Assembly: GCF_009914755.1 (NCBI RefSeq)
Contig: NC_060926.1
From: the human T2T-CHM13v2.0 reference genome, Homo sapiens
DNA length: 64,000 bases
Direction: 5' to 3' (one strand)
Shown here: in pieces, positions 13,215-26,605 of the stretch
Layout of the letters: every line of letters begins with the position of its first letter
Numbering within the stretch: position 1 is the stretch's first letter
The notes under the pieces: model-generated
Seen by the model: the letters and a program-made list of their open reading frames with translations, nothing else
Told to the model about the DNA's origin: nothing
Database searches by the model: none
Position numbers and translations under genes: made by a program

Positions 13215-13520
13215 TTTCTTTTTTTAAATTAAATTTCATTTTTTTTTTTGAGACAGGGTCTCACTTTGTTGCCCAGGCTGGAGTGCAATGGCACAGTCTT
13301 GGCTCACTGTAGCCTTGACCTCCCCAGATTCAGGTGATCTTCCCACCTCAGCCTCCTGAGTAGCTGGGGCTATAGGTGCACGCCACTACGCACAGCTGAT
13401 TTTTGTGTTTTTACTACTCATAGGGTTTCTCTGTGTTGCCCAGTCTAGTCTCAAACTCCTGATCTCAAGAGATCTGCCTGCCTTGGCCTCCTAAAGTGTC
13501 ATGAACCACCATGCCCAGCC
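13215..13520 (-). mobile_element. AluJ-like SINE
   Basis: Reverse Alu with T tract; TSD tacaaagcaat. Confidence 0.9.
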
Positions 13521-14317
13521 TACAAAGCAATGTTCTAGGAAAAACTACAGTTACTCTTTGATTATGTAATTGCTGGAGAAGAAAAGCATGGCATTTCTAA
13601 AATGATGAACTATATTACTTATATTTTAATATCTCATAAAGTTTGAAATAGACATTTCAAACATAAACATGTATAAAAATTTTTATAAATTAAAAATATA
13701 AAATCAAAAACATTATAAAATTATTTTATTATAAAATTATTATAGAATCAAAAACATTATAAATTTAAACAACTTTTTTAAAAATTTATTTTGGGATTTC
13801 CCATGGAGTGATGGAGAATAATGAGCCTTGGGAGAGCTATGGCAGCTCTCATACTCCTTCCTGGGCCAACTTTTTTAGGAAATGGGAGAAATATACCCTG
13901 TTCAATGTTTATTGTGGGTCAGAATATTTTTGAAGCTATAGTTGTTGATTTGCTTCAAACTTTAAAAAATTTATTATAAAATTATGGGATGTAAAAAAAT
14001 TTATTATAAAACTTTGAAATTTTCAAACTTTCAGAAAAGCAGAGAGATGAGATTAATGGCACTCATAGGCAAACATAGAACATAGATTGTAAACATTTTG
14101 CTATATTTGTGTCATGATTATTTTTTGCTTGTGTTTGAAAGTATATTAAAGAAAATGATATTTTACCCCTAAATTATTTAGTGCAGATTTCTAAAAAATA
14201 AGAACATTTTCCTGTATGGTTACAAAATCATCTTTTCAAACAGAATAAAAAATAGTTTTTTTATATCATTTATTACCCAGTCCACATTCAGATTTCCTCA
14301 ATTATTATGAAATGTCC

Positions 14318-14570
14318 TTTTATTTTTTGAGACAAAGTCTTGCTCTTTCACACAGCCTGAAGTGCAGTGAAACAATCATAGCTCATTGCAGCCTCAAACT
14401 CCTGGGCTCAAGTGATCTTCCTGCCTCAGCTTCCTGAGTAGCTAGGACTATAGGTGCACACCACCATGCCCAGCTAATTTATTGTTTTTGTAGAGATGGA
14501 GGTCTTACTACGTTGCCCAGGCTGGTCTCAAACTCCTGGCCTCAAGTGATCCTTCCAGCTTGGTCTCCCT
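14318..14570 (-). mobile_element. AluJ-like SINE
   Basis: Reverse Alu (ctcctgggctcaagtgatc, gctggtctcaaactcctggcctcaag). Confidence 0.85.
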
Positions 14571-14844
14571 GAAATATCTTTTGTGGCTGGTTTGCTCAAA
14601 TTAGTTTCTTCTAATCAAGGGACACACATTGCATTTGATTATTTAGCTCAAGACTTTTTTAACCTGGAAAATACCCTCACTCTTTGTTTATGTATTTATT
14701 TAATGAAATTGACTTGTTGAAAAACTAGTCAGTGGTCCTGTAGAATATTTCCCCTTCTGGAATTTTCTGGTTGCTTTTTATGGTGTCATTTAACTTTTCA
14801 CTCTGTTTTTTCCTGGTTAACTGGAAGTTAGTTCTAAAGGCTTT

Positions 14845-15195
14845 TAGGCCTGGTATAACAAAATACCAAAAACTGGATGACTTATAAAGAACAGAAATTT
14901 ATTTCTCACAGTTCTAGAGACTAGCAAGTTTAAGATCAAGGAGCATGCGGTTTTCATATCTGGTTAGGACCAACTTTCTGGTTCATAGATTGGCCTTCTT
15001 GCTGGGCCCTCACATAGTGGGAGAGACTAGCTAGCTCTCTGGGGCCTCTTTTATAAGGGCACTAATTCCAATCATGAGTGCTCTGTCCTTATGATCTAAT
15101 GAACCCCTAAAGGCCCCACCTTTTAATACCAGCACCTTTGGGGTTAGGATGTCAACATATTAATTTTGGGAAGACATACACGTTCAGCCCATTGC
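14845..15195 (-). mobile_element. MLT1A-like MaLR LTR
   Basis: ataacaaaatacc...aaatttatttctcacagttctagag...ttataagggcactaattcc. Confidence 0.7.
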
Positions 15196-16250
15196 AAGGT
15201 TTAGTTAGATTCAGGTTCAACTTCTTTTTTTAAAGACTATTTGATAGGCAATAATGTGTATTCATATCCCATCATCAGTGATGGTGAGAGGATCGCAAGG
15301 TTAGGGCGATCACTGCCTATCTCCTCTGTTATATTCCCCCTTGGGTGAAGCCAGTAGTCTGTGACGTGAACTTTGTACCATGTGTATATTCAGTTATGTT
15401 CTGTATCAATATTTACTTGATTGTTTTAGCATTTATTAATGATCCTTGCTTGAGTTGATTATTTCATTAGGGGTTTCAAAATGGTGAATTTCTAATTCTC
15501 TAATTCTATCTACATGTTTTAGCTGGCATTTTTCTATAAGCAGACCATTTTCTTCACAACTGGGTTATTTGGCTACCCTGAAACATAGTTCCTTCCGGGA
15601 AGGCAGAACATATGTTTATTTCTGTCTTTTAAAAATTACTGGTGTTTGGAGTGAAGATTAGGTGAGTTAACTACCTCCACAGGTGACAAATGAATTTTGT
15701 TTTGTCTCACTTTTGCTTTTTTGAATATCACTGTGGCTGCTTGGATTTTTATATTTAATTTGAATGGATTAGGGAATAAATGAGAAGATAGGTTTTATCT
15801 GTTTCTGTAGTTTTTATGTGGCTATGTGAACTTACCTTTAAAAATTCCCAGAAATATTTTAATTCCCCTTTAAAGATATAAACTATGTCATACTATAAAG
15901 CAAAAGAAAAACCAATCATGTGAAGAGTAAATAGTATCGTTTAAATGAATTGTGGTTAAGCTTAGTTTGTAACTAATTAGTTTTTTATTTTCTTTCTACT
16001 TTTATCTGCTTCAGAGCCTCTTCAGTGGTTTAGATCTTCTATGTGTCAAATTATTCTAATCTCTTAAAAAGTTTAAGAGCTAAAATACAACACAATGACT
16101 ACAAGAATGCCTTTGTCCTTTTCTGGGTGGGTACACCTAAGGCAACTTCTTTGTCTCTTCTTTGTTCTCTTCTTTCTTATTCTTAAATCATCTTCAATAT
16201 TGGACAGATGACAGCACTATGCCTGCCTCAAGATGTTTCTGACTTTTTCT

Positions 16251-16591
<341 letters not shown>

Positions 16592-16605
16592 TGACATTAT
16601 ATAAT

Positions 16606-16811
16606 AGCACTGTTCAATAGAAGTTTCTTTGATGATGGAACTGTTCTATAATCTGCATTGTCCCAGCTACTAGCCATATGTGACTACTGTAACACTTGAA
16701 ATGTGGCTAGAGCAACTGAAGAACTGAATTTTGCATTTTACTTAATTTTAATTAATTAAAATAGAAATGCAAATAACCATAAGTGGTTAGTAGCTACCAT
16801 ACTGGACAGCA
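16606..16811 (+). mobile_element. MER3 hAT-Charlie element
   Basis: gcactgttcaatagaagtttc...cacttgaaatgtggctag...actggacagc resembles recalled MER3 with terminal inverted repeats. Confidence 0.75.
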
Positions 16812-19800
16812 AAGATCTATAATTCAGCATTTAAAATCGATTTTGTTTTGTTTTCAAAAATGGAGTCAGACTGTTACAACCCAAAAGAACTGTAGGTTAA
16901 ATTAAGGTAAATCACCAAATACTACATACACATTTGGGAAATCCAAACCAGATTTTTTCATGTGATAACCACACCCTCTTTTGACTTTAGCCTTGGAGGT
17001 AATGGAGTATGGCAGAAAAAACCCTGTATCAGCAGCTGGAAGACTCACCTTCTTTTCCTAGCTCTGGCATATATTGACCAAAAGAGTCGAAGTCCATTCA
17101 GATGGTTGAGGGGCCTTGGAATTTTGTTTTTGGTTTTCACATACAAGTTGGAGGGCAGATGCGTTAGCCTCTTGAAATACCCAGAAACCACTTGTTTCCT
17201 CATCTAAAAATCAGGTATGACAGGATCATTTAATTATCCTGGAAATCAGATGAAGCACTGCATATGAAAGCACTTTGTAACATCGATAGCACTGGGAAAT
17301 GTAAAGACCTTTTACTGAAATATAAAGGTGTATGGTCAACTGAATATATCTCAGATAATTATGATTTGACTGTATATATTGAATATAACCTGTAGTGGGC
17401 CCCTTGGTAAACAGCTTACAGTTTTGTTGCAAGTTTTAGCCAAGAGAAAATTTATTTGTTGACTAGTCATGCACTTTATTGGCCACATGATGAGCAGCAA
17501 TGATATTAACACACAGTGCACCTTGCAGAATTCAAGAATGTCTCAGTGTCTTGTGAACTAGGAAGCTGAAATGCAGTGGTATGCAGAAGGCTGGCTCAGT
17601 AGGAGCCTTGGGAGTGTCCTCCAGATAGATGTTTGTGCAGGTTGTATTTGATTCCAGTTGGCCATGAAAAGCTGGTTGCTCTAAAGAATGAGAATATACT
17701 TGGTTTTGCATTTACTAGAACTATCTGGGGAACAAATCTTGGGGTGGAAGAAAGAAGGGAGGGAGGGAAAGCTGTGCTTCAATACCTAGGGCTTCTTTCC
17801 TGGAATGGATCTGAGAATCTGGGATTGGGTGGCTAATATCTCATCTCTAGAAGGGAGAAAGAACTGGGTGGTGATGGCTTTGTATTTTCTACTGGCGTTC
17901 ACTACAGAATAGGTGAATGGAATGGGCTGCTATGATCCAGACATTAGGGAGGACAGGTTTGTGATACATTAGAAAACTTGAATGAGCCCTTCTATGATTC
18001 TCTCTTCCCTCTTTCTGCTTCCCTTTCTGAATCACCATCCCCAGGTTGTGGAATTAGCAAATCTATTATGTGAGCAATAGCAAACTTACAGGAGCCCTTG
18101 GCTCCATCTATCTCCCTGTTTGTGTCAGTTCATTCTGGATGCTTTTAGTCTGTGGTCTTCATTCACTCTTTTTATGGGGAAGTAAAAGGAGTGGGACAGA
18201 TTATGAGAACAGCTGGGTCCTCCCAGTTGCTGGGGTGGTTATTTTAAGCTTTGTTTAATGTGTCCAGAGACCCAGATGGCATTTTTAACTAAGCTGCTTT
18301 ATTAAATCTTGTGATAAAGCATAGTGATGTTTATTGAAAAGGCAGACACACATCAGCAACATTATGCGTGAAACTTGCTCTAAGAATTTTCTATAAAACA
18401 TCTGTTCTCTTTCTCTTTGAGCCTTTTGTGAACTCTGGAAGTTTGCTAGTTTCTATACAGACTTGAGGACAAGAAGTTGGAACCCACTTTTGGAGATGTC
18501 CAAGCATAGGTATTGGAATCATTAATCCTAACCCTCTCAGTTTTAAGGCCCCGGATACCCTTCTGTTAGACAACAGTAACATGAGCAAGCACTGTAATAA
18601 CATTTAAACAAGATTATTTGGAAATAATGGACAAGAAAAATTAGTATAAATTGTTTGGGGATTTTAAAATTAAAGATAAAAAGCTAGGGCTTCAATGACC
18701 TGTGCCAGCCTATAGCCTTAAGAGTCAATTTGCAAACACTCAAGATTTGGCCAATATGCCTCTACTACTTCTACTTAACACAGTCAAAGGGAAATTTTTA
18801 GATTCTTTCATCTGATTTGACTCTCTTAGTTATGAATAAGAGGATATCTAGAATATATATGTGACTTGTTAAAATGAAAATCCACCTTCTCTGAGTCTTC
18901 AAATATCTTTCATATCTTACATTTTTAGTAACATCAACTTTTGAAGTCATGTCCGTAGTTGCATGAAAAGAAAAATTTCAGGAACATTCAACCTCAAAAG
19001 TTCTTTTTCTTAGTCTGAAGTCGTAGAAGCATTTGACTTTTACTTTCTCTTTTTAAGTTTGTACTAGTAGGTATTTTATATAAATATAATATTTAATTAT
19101 TGCCTTTGTATTCTTTTTCTCTAGTAAACATCCTGGTTTTTAGCTATCAATATGTAGTTTTACATTTAGGGATTTCTAACGGAAAGAGAAAGGAATCTGA
19201 AATCAGAGGACAAGAGTTTATTCTACTTGACCAAACACATACAAAATACTGGAAGGAGAGTTTTACAACAAATATTTAATGTCTATGACATGTAAAAAGG
19301 TTTTCCAAATCAAGAAAATTCAAACAATTCAATACAAATATCATCAATAATAACACATGAACAGGTGGCCAACCTTATTAATAACCAGAGAAATACAAAT
19401 TAAAACAATCCATCAACTTGTAAAAAAGATGAAATTACCCAGAGTTGGTGTAGGTGATGGAAAATTGTCATGTTTGTATACTGTTCATAGAAGTTAAATT
19501 GACATAACTTTTTGGTCAGGCAATTTGGAAGTATATATCTAAATTAATAGAGTAGTTTTCTAATAACCTGGGAATCTCTTAATCTAAGAATCTTTACTGT
19601 AGATTTTTCTAGAACAAATGTACAAACATCTATGTACAAGGGTACTCACTGCAGCATTTTGCTAAGGAAAAACTCAGAAAAAATCTATATGTTCAACAGA
19701 GAACAGGTACATAATTTATGACACAACCGCACAATATACACCACTAAATAAAGGATATAAATTTATATGTAGTATGAAAAAGATGTGAATGATAGCTTAT

Positions 19801-21754
19801 TGGTGAAAAACAGCAATGACTGGAATATTGTGTGTAACGTAATCCTGCTTTTCTGTATATAATGTAGGCATAGAAAATAGGATTGAAAGGACATACTGTA
19901 GTCAACAGTGGATATAGCTTTGGTGGAGGGGGTGTATAATGGGGAAGGAGAGTCCCTTTTCCTATCTATTCCATATACATCTCTGGATTTAAAAGATCAT
20001 ACATGCATATGCATTACCTTCAAAATTAAAATGATAAAGACAAAAGGAGAAGGTTTGGATTTGAATCATGATACTACTGTTTGCAACTTATATGACCGTG
20101 GGGAAGTCGCCTAGCCTCCTGGGGTTTATTTCCTCATTTATAAAAATAGGGAAAATAATAATATTTGTCTACACATCTTCTAGGGTTGTTGGGAGGATTG
20201 AATGTGATCATGGGTTACAGCATTATGAATTATTTATTCATATAACACAATTATTATAAAAATATTTTGCTCTGATTAAAATAAAAGAAGGACGAGATCG
20301 TGTGTGTTTTTGTCCCAGTAGCTTTACTAACCAGAAAGCGCCTCCTGATGTGGTGATCACAGTTGCTTTGGTGCAGCTTCCTCTTGACTTTTGGCATTTC
20401 TCCATGCTGCTAGCTAAGGCTGAGGTGGCGACTGTTGAAGGTGTGAGCTCCTCCCCCTCCCGGCACACATTTGTGTGAGTACTCACACTCATGCACACAC
20501 AAACACACACATGCACACTCTATCACAGTACATGAGGTGGCAGCAGCTGCTCCGGCATAGACTTTCACACAACATAAAGGGCTTTTTTGGTGTGGTCTGT
20601 GCATTATTTCCTGTTAAGCATGAGCTGAGTCAGTGCCCTGCTTTTCCATCTGAAACCTTTCTGAGGCTCAGGCTGTGTTAAGAGCAAACCCTCTCCCCTC
20701 CATGCCCACCCCATGGCCCTTTACTGAAGCCAGATCTTAATCTGCTCATTGCATGAGGATTTTCAAACCGAATGGACTGGGCCATGTGAGAGATCACTGA
20801 AAGGAACAGACCAAGCAGAGGCTAAGAGACTCCACGCTAATCTGCTGAGTCGTCTGAAAATGCACAGCTGTGGGAGCTCACGGTGCTTTAAAGTACTTCG
20901 GCAGGATGTTTGTTCAGGGGGCCTGTTCCTGCAGCCCTGCTGAATGTTTGGTTAGGAGGCATAATCTTTTTTTGGACAGGATCTCCCAAATGTAAAGTGA
21001 TAGATGCTAATGTGGAATATAATACGGAAGATCCAGCTTGGATGTCATAAATAACAATAAATTGTTTAATCTTGCTGAGCTGTAAATCTATGATTGCCAG
21101 AGGTCTTTAGTTCACTGGAACATAGTATGGGGGCAGGGGCACTTAGCAAATAGGCAGTTATTATTTTCCAACCAGACAGAAACTGGTCTGATGGAATTTA
21201 TCTAAAAAGGCATACACATGTATTTTAATTAATTGTGACAATTACTCAGAGAAAACACATGGCCCTAAAGAGGCTGAGGGGTTTTTTTGTTCTACCTATA
21301 AATGTATATGTATATTCACCTATATTCTACCTATGTATAAGTAAGAGAATGAGTTTTTGTTTTGGGGATATATATTTATACGTATCTATACAGATACGTA
21401 TAATTTCTGTCTTAATTTCTGTCTACCTATTAAGGTGCGGTGCCAGATGGAAAGTATTTTTAAGCATTTAGATAGCTTATTCTATAGCATATGTGTGCAT
21501 ATAGCCCCCCCATAAAGCTTTGTCTCTTTTCTGGATATATTTAACAAGAGGCTAGAACAGAGTCCAAAATGTCAGAAATGTTTGAACATTCCATAGAAAT
21601 GAAGGAGGTGTTTCCAAATGACCTATGTTTCTATGGCAATAAATAGAACTTGTGCTGCGTTGGATGGGTCAGGAGTAAGGAATATAAACAGTGTAAGTAT
21701 GACTATTCCAGGCAGAAATCTACCTTGTAAGAACAGCTTTGTGCAGTGAGCTCA

Positions 21755-21818
21755 ACAACATTGATCAGTTAGCAGTCCGGTTCAGTACAACATTGATCAG
21801 GTAGCAAGCCGGTTCGGC
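21755..21818. repeat. 32-bp tandem duplication (2 copies)
   Basis: acaacattgatcag...ccggttc at 21755 and 21787. Confidence 0.85.
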
Positions 21819-22021
21819 AGTGCCAGTCGGAGACACAGATGGGGACAATCAAAGAAGATGCAGGTCAGGACAAGGATGCAGACATGTACCTGTCACTACC
21901 ATGGACTTCAGCAGCTTCTTAGCAGGTTTATGATTAAAGAAGAAAGACATCGTTGATATGTAAGCATGTTACAATTAATTTGCTGTTTAGTTATTAGCAA
22001 ACTACATCCAGTTTTTAGTTT

Positions 22022-22332
22022 TTAGGGGTTTTTTTCTTTTTTTCTTTTTTGAAACAGGTTCTTGTTCTGTCATCCAGGCTGGAGTGCAGTCGTTATCCAA
22101 GCTCACTGCAGCCTTAAACTCCTGGGCTCAGTGGATCCTCCCACCTCAGCCTCCCAAGAAGCTGGGACTACAGGTGCACGCCACCATGGCCAGCTAATTT
22201 TTCCTATTTTCTTGTAGAGATGAGGTCTTGCTGTATTGCCCAGGCTGCTCTTGAGCTTCTGGCTTCAAGCCATCCTCCTGTCTTGGTTTCCCAAAATGCT
22301 GGGACTATAGGTGTGACTCACCATGCCTGGCC
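22022..22332 (-). mobile_element. AluJ-like SINE
   Basis: Reverse Alu; TSD tacatccagttt. Confidence 0.9.
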
Positions 22333-22774
22333 TACATCCAGTTTAATTTATACTACAGTGTGGGTTTAGTCCTCAAACATGTTTTTGTTTTACATATAAA
22401 AATTTGAGATAAAAGAACATTTTTACATTGGTCAATAATGGTACATTTAAACAATGGACGACTATATCCATTAAAATCGTGTTGTGGAAGAATATTCAGT
22501 GACATGGAAAGATTGACTCAAGGGTGAGGGAAACGTGTCAAGAGTCTGTTAGGTACTAGACACTGTAAACTGGGTCTTGGCTGTGTTACTTGCTTACATC
22601 CTCCATCATGTGATCTTTTAGATAACAAAATCGAGATACATAGGGATAATGGGTGGGCCGATTGAAGAACAGAACTTGGGCCACACTTCCAGATGCCTGT
22701 GACTTTTCTGCATCTATTCAGATGTTAGGAATTGATTATGAAATCCATGGTGGTTTGATGCTCATGAACTCTCG

Positions 22775-23333
22775 TCTGTCTCTCCAGCATGTGTGTAAAG
22801 AATCCGTCTCTCCGGCATGTGTGTAAAGAATCCGTCTCTCCGGCATGTGTGTAAAGAATCCGTCTCTCCGGCATGTGTGTAAAGAATCCGTCTCTCCGGC
22901 ATGTGTGTAAAGAATCCGTCTCTCCGGCATGTGTGTAAAGAGTCCGTCTCTCCGGCATGTGTGTAAAGAGTCCGTCTCTCCGGCATGTGTGTAAAGAGTC
23001 CGTCTCTCCGGCATGTGTGTAAAGAGTCCGTCTCTCCGGCATGTGTGTAAAGAGTCCGTCTCTCCGGCATGTGTGTAAAGAGTCCGTCTCTCCGGCATGT
23101 GTGTAAAGAGTCCGTCTCTCCGGCATGTGTGTAAAGAGTCCGTCTCTCCGGCATGTGTGTAAAGAGTCCGTCTCTCCGGCATGTGTGTAAAGAGTCCGTC
23201 TCTCCGGCATGTGTGTAAAGAATCCGTCTCTCCGGCATGTGTGTAAAGAATCCGTCTCTCCGGCATGTGTGTAAAGAATCTGTCTCTCCGGCATGTGTGT
23301 AAAGAATCTGTCTCTCCAGCATGTGTGTAAAGA
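22775..23333. repeat. 28-bp minisatellite (VNTR), 20 copies
   Basis: Unit tccgtctctccggcatgtgtgtaaaga(a/g), exact 28-nt period, no spacers. Confidence 0.97.
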
Positions 23334-24565
23334 CTTCCAGAGGCACAGGACGTTGAGGATGAGCTCTCTTACTTCCATCTGGTCTCCATGTAACAAATCA
23401 TATAACTGCACAATTATCCAAATGCAAATGAAGGAGTCCCTTGATGTTTGGATAACCACATTCATGCCTTGAGTTTGTTATTTTCTTGAAATTGCCCTTA
23501 TCCGTCTCCTGTTTACCCATGGACAACACTACTTAAGGGCTGGCAATCTGCAACCCATGGCAGCTTGGCTTTGGGGTTCCTTCCAGTGTTTTGTTTTTGT
23601 TTTTAACCGAGAAGACAGGAAACAGGCATCTTTGTGTATATGGCTTGCCACAGCCCTTCGTAGATGGACATGGTGGAGGCTGTGTGGTCCCGGAGAACAC
23701 TTCCTCTGTGAAGCATCAGGGAAGTTTCTGTTCATTGTGTCTTCACTCTCTCCAATTCACTTGGGGAGTGACAGGGATTATAACACAGTGAGCAGAGGAT
23801 ATTGGGGAATGTCATGCTTAATTTTCTTTTCTTTTTTTTTCTTAAATGACATTTAAAGCTAGAAGATAATCACAAAGGGTAAGTCTGATTTAAGACATTT
23901 CACACATGAAAGAAATCCTGCTTTCAATGCGTGTTATGTCACAGGAAAAACTCATTTAGAGTCAACATTCTGCACCTACTCCGAAATTTTAGCCTGAGGG
24001 TTTAAATATTACCTCGCTGCTCTCTAGGACTTTAATTTGAGCTAATTAGAAATGGAACGTACACTAAAACTAATTTAGGAAAGAAGCTGTTGATGTTCTG
24101 AAGAAAAACAGCTGTCAGAAATAAGATCATTAAAAAACCATAGTTGTATATGGTACAAAATGTAAAGGAATAGAAATGCTGGGAGAAAGCTTTTGTAGAA
24201 TAACATTTTATCTTTCTTTGGACACTGGTCTAAGGCATGTGAAAGGGCATATTGATTCCCTTGGCACCTGGTATGCTCATTTATGGATGAAAAAGCCCAA
24301 TGACATACTTTAGGTGAGGTTTAAGGCTTGATGGGAGGCATTGGTGCCATTAGAAGGACGGACACAAAGAGTTCTTAAGTAACGGCATCATGGGAAATGA
24401 TAATTGCACACTCCTTTCTACTATGTCTTGGTTTCCCCAAGCATTTAGAAGTCACGGCTGGGTAGGAACAAATTTATCACGAGTCTGTCTGTGTGTTTGG
24501 GAATGCATATGCCTCACAGATGTGTCTGCAGGGGTCTGTGTGATAATGTTCATATATGTGATAGA

Positions 24566-24609
24566 TGTGGACCCTGGGATCTGTATCTGTGTGGACCCTG
24601 GGATCTGTA
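24566..24609. repeat. 24-bp period tandem duplication
   Basis: tgtggaccctgggatctgta at 24566 and 24590. Confidence 0.85.
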
Positions 24610-25364
24610 CATGTGTGTGAGTGACAGTGGACTAGGGTCCACTTTGCCCCCTTTTCTGCGTGGGAGTTGAAGGAAATGCCCCTTAATGGCAGTAGCATCC
24701 ACTTGGGTATGTGCACCTTCTGGAGGACTGGGTGAGGTTGCCCTTCTTCCAGCCAAAGCCAGACCCTATGGTGTGGGACGTTCAGCGGGGAGCAACAGAA
24801 TGCCATGGCTTGGTCCTCCCTGGGCTGTGGTCTGGATTTCACTCAGGAATGAAAGTCAGATATTGCCTGCTTCAATGCTGTAAACATAACTAAGGATAAT
24901 TATGTAAGTAGACCATCTTTTCCTTGCAAGGTAGCGGTCTGCTGCATTGACAGAGGGTAGTATTTCTAGGACTTTTTCAGAGAGTAAAATGGTACTTTAA
25001 GGGATAATCTGCTATCTAAAGATGAATTTTAAATGTTGGAGGGGGTTGTGGGATTCGGGGAAGACAATAGAATAATTTGTGTCATGGTTAATTTAACAAA
25101 GAGTTTTTGTTTATAGAATCTGATCTTCGGTGGATTTTAACAACCCTCTTCTTCCTTGGCTTTTCAGATAAAGACGCAGAGCCTCAGAGAAGTTAAACGA
25201 TTGATCCTATGTCAGGGGGTAGAGTCAAGACTCATACCTATGCCTTTTAACTTCAAGGTGAGTGCTTTTTCTTTATACAAAAGGGCTTCCAAAAGTTATA
25301 TTTCTTTTTATCAATGACTAGATCTTGAAAGCCATACCTTTTCTGATGGCATTTATCCTGGGCT

Positions 25365-26605
25365 AATTGGTAGAGAGAGGGTGAACAGAAGAGAAGACAT
25401 AGACACGCAGAGAAGAAAGTGACGTGAAAACAGAGGCAGAGATTGGAGTGAAGTGAACACAAGCTCGGAAATATGTGGAGGCAACAGAAACTGGAAGAGG
25501 CAAGGGAGGATCCTCCCCTAGAGCCTTTTGGTGAGGCAGACCCCCACTGACACCTTGATTTTGAACCTCTGGCCTCCAGAACTGTAAGGGAATAAATTTT
25601 AATTGCTTTTAGCCACCAAGTTTATGGCAATTTGTTATAGCAGCCTTGTGAAGCTCATACAAACTTTGTATTAGATTACAAACTTTGTATTCATTTCCTA
25701 GGACTCCCATAACAAATTACCACATATTTGGTGGTTTAAAATCACAGAAACTTATTCTCTCACAGTTCTGGAGGCCAGAAGTCAAAATCAAGGTATCAGC
25801 GTGGCCACACTCTGTAGATGCTCTAGGGAGAATCTGCTCCCTGCCTCTTCCAGCTTCTGGCAGCAGAATACATTCCTTGGCTTCCCGGGTGTGGCTGCAT
25901 CTCTCCAATCTTTGCATCTGTCTTCATATCTCCTCTTCTTTGTGTCTATTCTAGTAAGTACAAAGTGCTGCATCTTCCGTGATGGAAGTGGCCCAAATTA
26001 ACCAATCTACCACCAGGTAGCTGGCTGATCATTTGGGGAATGGTACCATAAGGAGACTCAGTGTTGGTCCCTGCTGCTGGTAGAGTAGGCACTCTGCAGT
26101 GGCCATAGCCAGGTCAGCCTTGGTGAGCGAATGTCCATGTTGTTGAGCCCGTGCATAGCCTTCATCCCTGCCATCACGGCCATGGTATTACAGCACTCTT
26201 GCATTGCTATAAAGAAATACCTGAGGCTGGGTAATTTACAAAGAAAAGAAGTTTCCTTAGCTCATGGTTCTGAAGGCTGTACAAGCCTGGTGCCGGCATC
26301 TCCTTGGCTTCTGGTGAGGCCTCAGGAGCTTCTACACATGGCGGATGACAAAGTGGGAGCAGGCATATCACACAGCAAGAGTGGGAGCAAGAGAACAAAA
26401 GAGAAGGTGCCACATACTTTTAAACAAGCAGATCTCATGTGAACTCAGAGCGAGAACACACTTATCATCGAGGACGTGGTGCTAACCCATTCATGAGGGA
26501 CTCGCCCCCATGACCCAAACACCTCTCACTGGGCCCCACCGCTAACACTGAGGGTTACATTTCAATAGGAGATTTGGAGGAGACAAACATCTAAACCGTA
26601 ACAGC
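25365..26605. mobile_element. Cluster of MaLR LTRs (two opposed MLT1-like LTRs, then an MST-like LTR at about 26185-26605)
   Basis: ctggcctccagaactgtaag...aataaatt (+), ttattctctcacagttctggaggccagaagtc (-), ttgctataaagaaatacctgaggctgggtaattt (MST-like). Confidence 0.7.

Noticed and set aside
22775-23333. CRISPR-like array of 28-bp repeats
   Set aside because: Units are contiguous with no spacers, no cas genes, and the context is primate DNA
22725-23465. C2H2 zinc-finger array (28-aa period, THAGE resembles the HTGE linker)
   Set aside because: Period is simply 3 x 28 nt; one Cys per repeat, no CxxC or HxxxH pattern
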